Below the pieces are notes generated by a model that saw only the letters and a list, made by a program, of their open reading frames with translations, was not told where the DNA came from and searched no databases. The position numbers were made by a program, and so were the translations under genes. Source: Candidatus Woesearchaeota archaeon (GTDB lineage Archaea > Nanobdellota > Nanobdellia > Woesearchaeales > 0-14-0-80-44-23). Taken from it: DNA of 64,000 nucleotides. The stretch covers positions 845,957 to 909,956 of the forward strand of contig JAVZCZ010000001.1 in assembly GCA_038874135.1 (NCBI GenBank). The letters run 5' to 3'. Shown here piece after piece: positions 58,308 through 64,000 of this stretch (the first letter of the stretch is position 1; every line of letters starts with the position of its first letter).

Positions 58308-60068
58308 CTACATGCTTTCCAAAACTTCTACTCCGCACAGGTTCAATCCTTCTCTTATTACTTTCCTCACGCTCTCAAGGATTAGCAGCCTTGCACGCCT
58401 TACATCTGATTCTGCTTTTATTATCGGGCACTGGTTGTAGAAGGTGTTGAAGGACTTGGCAAGTTCTAAGAGGTATTTGGGGATTAGGAAGGGCTTATAC
58501 TCTGAAGCTGCTTTCTCTTTGACAGATTCAAATTCTAACAGCTTCTTACACAGGCTCTTCTCAGATTCATCCCGCATCTCTGAAAATTTGATCTTTCTTA
58601 TATCTTTAAACTTTACCTTTTCATTATTTTCTTCTTCGTTCTTTCGTATTATTGAAGAGGCTCTCGTGTAGGCATACTGCACATATGCACAGGTGTCTCC
58701 TTCAAAATCAATTGACCTTTCAATGTTAAATATTATCGGCTTGTTGTTATCCTGGTTGAGCATCCCAAACTTCATGGCACCTATAGCGATCCTTCTAGCA
58801 GTTTCTTCTTTCTGCTGTGCACTCCACTCCGGATGCCTCTTTTCAACTTCCTGAAGGGCTCGCTGCATAACTCTTTCTGCGAAGCTCCTGTAGCTCACAA
58901 CATTCCCTGCACGCGAAGACATCTTTCCCTCTTCAAGCATCACCAGCCCGTAAGCCAGGTGGTAACAATTTCTTGCCTGCTTGAAGCCCATAAGCTCCAG
59001 CGTTTTAAAGAGCTGCTCAAAATACATCTTCTGCTCTGCGCCCACTACATAGATGCTTCTTTCTATCTTGAACTTTTCAAACTTTTCAACAGCCAGTGCT
59101 ATGTCCTTTGTAGAATAAAGCGCAGTTCCATCCCTTCTGAGAAGTAGGAAGACATCTAAGCCATAACTTTTTAGGTCCATTATTATCGCTCCTTCGCTCA
59201 TCTTCGCTATTCCCCTCTGCAGCAGCTCCTTTACTATCTGCTTTCCCCTCTCCTCAACCTCGCTTTCAAAGAAGTAAACATCAAACTTAACATCCAGCTC
59301 TTTATATATCCGCTTAAACTCTGCCAGGCTCCACTCTCTTGTAACCTGCCAAAGTTTTGTAAGTTCAGGATCCCTTGCTTCCAGGCGTCTTCCTATTTCA
59401 GCAATTTCCTCCTTAACTGAAGTGTCTCCATTTTTTTCAGCTTCTTCACTCTTCTGTGTTGCCTCAACATAGACCCTGCTGAGGAATTCACTGCGCTTAT
59501 CTTCAGGAACTCTCTCTAATTCTTGCTTATGAAATTTGAGTATGCACCATAAAGATTTTGCCACATGAGCCCCGACATCTCCAATGTAATTTGCAGCTAT
59601 TACTTCAAATCCCCTCTCTCTAAGCAGGCGCACCATTGCGTCTCCCAATGCGACATTTCTCAGATGTCCTATATGAAATTCCTTGTGAGTGTTGGGCTGC
59701 GAGAATTCCACCATAACTCTCTTATTAACTGAGCTGGCGCGCCTTTTTTCACTCAGGATTTGCTTTACAGTTCTCTCTGCTACGAATCCTGCTCTGAGAA
59801 ATATGTTTAGGTAAGGACCTTTTGCAACTGCTTCTTCTATAATACCTTTTAGATTTTCTTCAGATTTTATCTTCTCTGCAAGCTCGCTGGCAATTTCATT
59901 CGGGCTTCTTTTGAGCTGTTTGGAGAGTGTGAAGCAGGGTAGGGCTATGTCTCCCATGCTTTCTTCCTTTGGGGCTTCTAAAAGTTTAATTATATTCCTG
60001 CTTTGAATTCCCGAATGCTTCCGGATTGCTTCTGCTATTAACCTGAGCTTCAAGGTTTTTTCTTTCAT
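58308..60068 (-). CDS. argS: Arginine--tRNA ligase (ORF track extends to 60128)
   Basis: VEFSQPNTHKEFHIGHLRN, KMSSRAG and YVQYAYTR motifs. Confidence 0.96.
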   Translation of the reverse strand: MKEKTLKLRLIAEAIRKHSGIQSRNIIKLLEAPKEESMGDIALPCFTLSKQLKRSPNEIASELAEKIKSEENLKGIIEEAVAKGPYLNIFLRAGFVAERTVKQILSEKRRASSVNKRVMVEFSQPNTHKEFHIGHLRNVALGDAMVRLLRERGFEVIAANYIGDVGAHVAKSLWCILKFHKQELERVPEDKRSEFLSRVYVEATQKSEEAEKNGDTSVKEEIAEIGRRLEARDPELTKLWQVTREWSLAEFKRIYKELDVKFDVYFFESEVEERGKQIVKELLQRGIAKMSEGAIIMDLKSYGLDVFLLLRRDGTALYSTKDIALAVEKFEKFKIERSIYVVGAEQKMYFEQLFKTLELMGFKQARNCYHLAYGLVMLEEGKMSSRAGNVVSYRSFAERVMQRALQEVEKRHPEWSAQQKEETARRIAIGAMKFGMLNQDNNKPIIFNIERSIDFEGDTCAYVQYAYTRASSIIRKNEEENNEKVKFKDIRKIKFSEMRDESEKSLCKKLLEFESVKEKAASEYKPFLIPKYLLELAKSFNTFYNQCPIIKAESDVRRARLLILESVRKVIREGLNLCGVEVLESM

Positions 60069-60108
60069 GTTATCCTCTTCTCTTTGTCTTCTTTTCTGAT
60101 TCTTATTT

Positions 60109-60354
60109 TTATTTTTTTTGTTCTTCAATTCTCTTCTTTAATCTTTCCAGTATTGCGCCCGCTTGTCTCTGCTTTTCAGCTTCCTTCAATGCAGCACTTC
60201 TGAAGAGGTCTCTCTCCCTTTCCAGCTCTTCAATTCTTTTTTCCTTTCTTTTTATCTCGGCTGAGTACCATTCTTCAAGCTTTCTGATTCTTTCTTCCAA
60301 CTCTTTTATCCTCTCTTCTGAAGCACTTTTTATTTTTCCCATCTTCTCAGGCAT
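60109..60354 (-). CDS. Small coiled-coil protein
   Basis: Charged heptad ORF between dph5 and argS. Confidence 0.6.
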   Translation of the reverse strand: MPEKMGKIKSASEERIKELEERIRKLEEWYSAEIKRKEKRIEELERERDLFRSAALKEAEKQRQAGAILERLKKRIEEQKK

Positions 60355-61091
60355 TCCTCCTCAACAAAGTGCAGCTCAGCTGGAACTATGATGCAGTGCG
60401 GCGGGTTTCCAAATTCCTCTTTCATCAGCCTTCCAGCTTCCCCGCTCCGTATTAGGAAGTTTGGTGATCCTAAGCGGGCGCACACTAAAATTTTTGTTTT
60501 TTCAGTGAATATTCCCTCTCTTCGCTTGTTCTCAATTTTTAGCATTTCCATTATTGCCTCGTTCGCTGTGAGAAACCTATTCTCCTTCGGATTTAAGTCT
60601 AAGAGCATTAGCGTGTGAGCTTTTATGGAAAGGTTTTCTCTTAATACTTCATAAGGAGTTTCTATTGTGTACCTATCGTCGGGAAAAGGGATGCTAGCGG
60701 TTTTTCCAAACTTGTAGAGCTGAAGCCCGGTAATTCCTACTGCTGTGAGCACTGAGGCGTTTCCAATGACCTCTGTTTTAACTCCTAGCGCCTCTGCCTC
60801 TTTAAGAAGTTCAATGTGAGTTGTGGCGGATAGCGGGTCTCCTATTACGAGAATGCTTATATTCTGTTTCTTTGCAAGTTCAATTATCATTTTAGAGTCT
60901 TGTTCTAGAAGTTCCCTCTCAGCAATCCTGATTCTTCTTCCGCAGGCAACTTCAAGATTTTTCAGATTTATTGAGGAGAGGGAAGTGTATCCTTCTAAGA
61001 ATATCTCGTGAGAATTTTTTAGAAGTTCCATTCCCCTAATTGTTATGTCTTTCTCGTCGTGAAGTCCTGCTCCTATGAGGTAGAGTGCCAT
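60330..61091 (-). CDS. dph5: Diphthine synthase
   Basis: LYLIGAGL, GDPLSATTH, GLQLYKFGKT and HTLMLLD motifs. Confidence 0.95.
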   Translation of the reverse strand: MALYLIGAGLHDEKDITIRGMELLKNSHEIFLEGYTSLSSINLKNLEVACGRRIRIAERELLEQDSKMIIELAKKQNISILVIGDPLSATTHIELLKEAEALGVKTEVIGNASVLTAVGITGLQLYKFGKTASIPFPDDRYTIETPYEVLRENLSIKAHTLMLLDLNPKENRFLTANEAIMEMLKIENKRREGIFTEKTKILVCARLGSPNFLIRSGEAGRLMKEEFGNPPHCIIVPAELHFVEEECLRRWEK

Positions 61092-61316
61092 TTTCTCTAA
61101 ATGTTTCTCAGTTTTATTTAAATTATTTTACCTAATCTCAAATGTGAAAATTTGTTCGTGAGGTAAAAATGTATACTGATTTCTTCTTTGCGTCATTAGG
61201 GAAACAATATAACTTTATACTATAAAAATATAGATTTTTAAAAATATATTTTAAACTTTAAAAATGTTTAAATACTTATTAATTCTGATAGAAGCTTGAA
61301 AAATTTTTTAAAAAAA

Positions 61317-61427
61317 GGGGTTCAAACAAAGGTTTTTGGCGAAACCTTGTTTGAAGCAACTTTCTCGGAATTTGGCGTCGGGGCAGATGAACCCCTGCAA
61401 GATGGACCTGTTGGCGCAGGCATCTTG
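61317..61427 (+). ncRNA. Putative structured ftsZ leader / ncRNA with repeated UUGGCG loops
   Basis: GC-rich patch in an AT-rich intergenic region; hairpins at 61321-61355 and 61398-61427 both loop TTGGCG; a third TTGGCG at 61372. Confidence 0.45.
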
Positions 61428-61546
61428 ATTGAAGAGTAAAAAACCATACTAGAATATAAATATTATGGTTTTGCATTATATTTTTTCCAGAATATGAAGG
61501 TGGGGATTTTTTTTAAAAAAACCATAAAAAAAGGGGGCAAAAAAAG

Positions 61547-62626
61547 ATGGACTATATAATACAAAACGCATTGGAAACCAGCAGCAAACAGGACAGGCGA
61601 GTTCCTGGACTTGAAGGGCAGGCCAACATCAAGGTGATAGGCGTTGGAGGAGCCGGCAACAACATGGTCTCTTGGCTCTACCAGAAGGGCATCAGGGGAG
61701 CAGAGATCCTAGCGTGCAACACCGACGTGCAGCACCTGAACATTACAGAAGCGGACAAGAAGTTCATCATAGGAAAGGATGTCACAAGAGGACTCGGCTG
61801 CGGCGGCTATCCTGAAAAGGGAGCAGAAGCAGCAAAGGAGAGCCTTCAGGAGATAAAAGAGGCGCTCAAGGATGCAGACATGGTATTCGTGTGTGCTGGA
61901 ATGGGAGGAGGTACAGGAACAGGTGCAGCTCCAGTCATCGCAAAGGTTGCCAAGGACAACAACGCAATAGTCATAGGCACAGTCACAATGCCGTTCAAGA
62001 TTGAAAGGGTCAGAGTTGATAAGGCAGAATTCGGACTTCAGCAGCTCAGATCAGTTGCGGACACAGTTGTTGTAATAGACAACAACAGACTCGTCCAGAT
62101 TGCAGGCGGACTTCCAATACAGCAGGCATTCGCAGTTGCAAACGAGCTAATAGCAACCATGATAAAGGGCATAGTAGAGACAATAGCAGTTCCAAGCCTG
62201 GTAAACCTGGACTACGCAGATGTAAAGGCAATAATGTCCAACGGAGGCGTAGCAGCCATAGGCGTGGGCTCCTCAGACACAAACAACAGGGTGGAAGAGG
62301 CAGTAAACGGAGCGCTCTCAAACCCGCTGCTTGACATAAACTACAAGGGAGCAACAGGAGCTCTAATCCATGTTACAGGCGGTCCGGACATGACTCTGGA
62401 AGAGGTCAGCAGGGTCGGCGAACTTGTCACACAATCCATGGATCCAGACGCAAATGTAATCTGGGGAGCAAGGATACAGGAAGACATGAAGAACAAGATA
62501 ACCGTGATGACAATAATCACAGGAGTAAAATCGCCGTGGATTCTCGGAAAGCACGAGCCAAAGACAGCCTCGTCCACCAAGACATCACATGTCAGCGACG
62601 AGCTCGGAATTGAGATAATCCAGTAA
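61547..62626 (+). CDS. ftsZ: Cell division protein FtsZ
   Basis: GVGGAGNN, GMGGGTGTG and NLDYADV motifs. Confidence 0.97.
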   Translation: MDYIIQNALETSSKQDRRVPGLEGQANIKVIGVGGAGNNMVSWLYQKGIRGAEILACNTDVQHLNITEADKKFIIGKDVTRGLGCGGYPEKGAEAAKESLQEIKEALKDADMVFVCAGMGGGTGTGAAPVIAKVAKDNNAIVIGTVTMPFKIERVRVDKAEFGLQQLRSVADTVVVIDNNRLVQIAGGLPIQQAFAVANELIATMIKGIVETIAVPSLVNLDYADVKAIMSNGGVAAIGVGSSDTNNRVEEAVNGALSNPLLDINYKGATGALIHVTGGPDMTLEEVSRVGELVTQSMDPDANVIWGARIQEDMKNKITVMTIITGVKSPWILGKHEPKTASSTKTSHVSDELGIEIIQ

Positions 62627-62654
62627 AAGGCCTGGGAAAAGAGGAGAAATTTTC

Positions 62655-62681
62655 GCCCCTCTCAGAGGGGCTTTTTATTTT
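62655..62681 (+). terminator. Hairpin plus T-tract terminator after ftsZ
   Basis: GCCCCTC-TCA-GAGGGGC followed by TTTTTATTTT. Confidence 0.6.
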
Positions 62682-62871
62682 CACGCTCACCTTTCGGTGT
62701 GTGCCTTCACCCAGCTTCTTCTTCCACCCCCCACGAAAGAAGGGCTGAAGGCAGCTGGTCTCCCCTCCCGGAAAGGGCGAGGAGACTTTTTTCTTTTTTT
62801 AATTTCGCAATTGCTTCAACGCAAGGCAAGAATAGGCATGATTATAATGGCAAGCTAATAAGTAATCTAAT

Positions 62872-64000
62872 TTATATTCTCTCCTCTATCGCCATCTCAT
62901 TAAGAATTGAAACTGCTGAGCTTATGAATTCTTCCTCCTTCTCTGTCGGAATTACTGCTCCTGCAGCGTTTCTGTGGCCTCCTGTTTCGCCTTCGCATTT
63001 TCCAACAATTCTTTTTAAGAGTTCCCTTATGTCAATATTTGGAGCGTGCCCGTTTCCGGCAATTCTCATAGATACCTTCGTGGTGCCGTCATAGTTTTGC
63101 GCCATTCCTATAACTATTGTTCCAGCTTTTACCTCTCCCGATTTTGAGATTATTGAAGAGAGAGTTCCAATTATTGTTGGAGAGACATTTCCGCCTGCAT
63201 TTATTATCAGAAAGTTCTCCCCGCTTATTGCTGAGCTCTTGTTATCCTCATACCAATTTAGAGCCCTGGTTATCTCCTTCTTATATTCTGAGAGCGTATC
63301 TAATGCCTGCTGCTTAGCCCTTATGTCTCCAAGGCAGGCGCCAATCCCGAATGAAGCCCTCCCCATCCTGCCGCACGCGTTCAGCAGTGTTGAAAACTCC
63401 TTAGCATCTCTGAAAACAGAGCCCTCCTTCTCTTCGGGAAGTATGTAATTGTCACCTATTATGGATTCAGGATTCTGCTCATCTCCCCTGGCTATTATCA
63501 CTGCAGTTATTAAGCGTTGCATCTCTTCCTCAGTTAGCGAGGATAGCTTCCTCCAATTTCCCTTGCTGTCAGTTGGCTTTATTCCTATGTTTTGAAGGAA
63601 TTGGATAGCTCCGCTCTCAGAGCCAGTAACCCCCTTTATAACAAAGTCTGAGCTGTGTTCCAGAAGCTTGTGCAATGGTTTGCTCTGCACTCCAAAGATT
63701 CTAAGCCCCTTCTTCCTCATGAGCTTCCCCTTCCTTTCAGCTATGCCGAGTATGAAGGAATTTATCTCTGAGAATCCGTTATCTTCCTGAACATCCCCTA
63801 TTGCGCCTATCACTGCTATGTGTGCCAGGTCCTCGTTCTTTATGTCAAGAGCCCTTGCAAATAGAAAGGTAACTCCCGCTCCTGAGATGTTGTTAGAGCC
63901 GTCAATGTTGAACATGTGCGGGTTTATGTGATGTACCCCTTCACTCTTGAAATGTTCCACCTCGTGATGGTCCAGTATGAAAACCCTTCTACCCTTAAAC
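62872..64000 (-). CDS. RecJ-like DHH/DHHA1 phosphoesterase (5' end beyond the window)
   Basis: ILDHHE near 63960-63980, LNACGR and GGHRNAAG motifs. Confidence 0.9.
   Translation of the reverse strand, partial: FKGRRVFILDHHEVEHFKSEGVHHINPHMFNIDGSNNISGAGVTFLFARALDIKNEDLAHIAVIGAIGDVQEDNGFSEINSFILGIAERKGKLMRKKGLRIFGVQSKPLHKLLEHSSDFVIKGVTGSESGAIQFLQNIGIKPTDSKGNWRKLSSLTEEEMQRLITAVIIARGDEQNPESIIGDNYILPEEKEGSVFRDAKEFSTLLNACGRMGRASFGIGACLGDIRAKQQALDTLSEYKKEITRALNWYEDNKSSAISGENFLIINAGGNVSPTIIGTLSSIISKSGEVKAGTIVIGMAQNYDGTTKVSMRIAGNGHAPNIDIRELLKRIVGKCEGETGGHRNAAGAVIPTEKEEEFISSAVSILNEMAIEERI

Noticed and set aside
61336-61416. TTGGCG at 36-39-bp spacing as a mini-CRISPR
   Set aside because: Only 6 nt are repeated and the flanks form stems, the reverse of CRISPR repeat/spacer logic.
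402-63448. Numerous short ORFs in the track overlapping longer genes (e.g. 402-584, 14794-15234, 37780-38322, 42170-42688, 62699-63094)
   Set aside because: Antisense or out-of-frame shadows of well-supported genes or RNA elements, with no recognisable motifs.
1-64000. Integrase, transposase, reverse transcriptase/DGR or provirus
   Set aside because: No such ORF motifs, template/variable repeat pair or tRNA att duplication were seen in the window.

Overview
Archaeal chromosome segment. The top6A/B, PolB, dph5, EF-1beta, trm1 and dtdA genes, TATA-box promoters and intron-containing tRNA-Trp are archaeal; the gene repertoire suggests a DPANN (Woesearchaeota-like) lineage, which is inference. 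Positions 1 to ~12.1 kb form a visibly AT-richer defence island. It holds a partial type II-like restriction nuclease with an RHH regulator, a type I R-M locus (hsdM/S/R) interrupted by a membrane transglutaminase-like gene and two HTH-MNT/HEPN pairs, decayed type III and type IIG R-M tails, and a DUF5320/DUF134/NifX cluster. The island is punctuated by three attC-like sites. The rest is mostly core genes plus surface proteins, a lipoate operon and three tRNAs. The strongest unexplained signals are: (i) a candidate replication origin at 22.84-22.98 kb, with two tandem ORB-like boxes embedded in TGAGACA repeats locked to an 11-bp register, beside a coiled-coil/wHTH gene rather than cdc6; (ii) integron-like cassette junctions; (iii) a putative structured ftsZ leader repeating a UUGGCG loop; (iv) two paralogous secreted proteins interleaved with HTH regulators; (v) a minimal C/D-guide intron in tRNA-Trp. 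All calls were made by eye, with no database searches.
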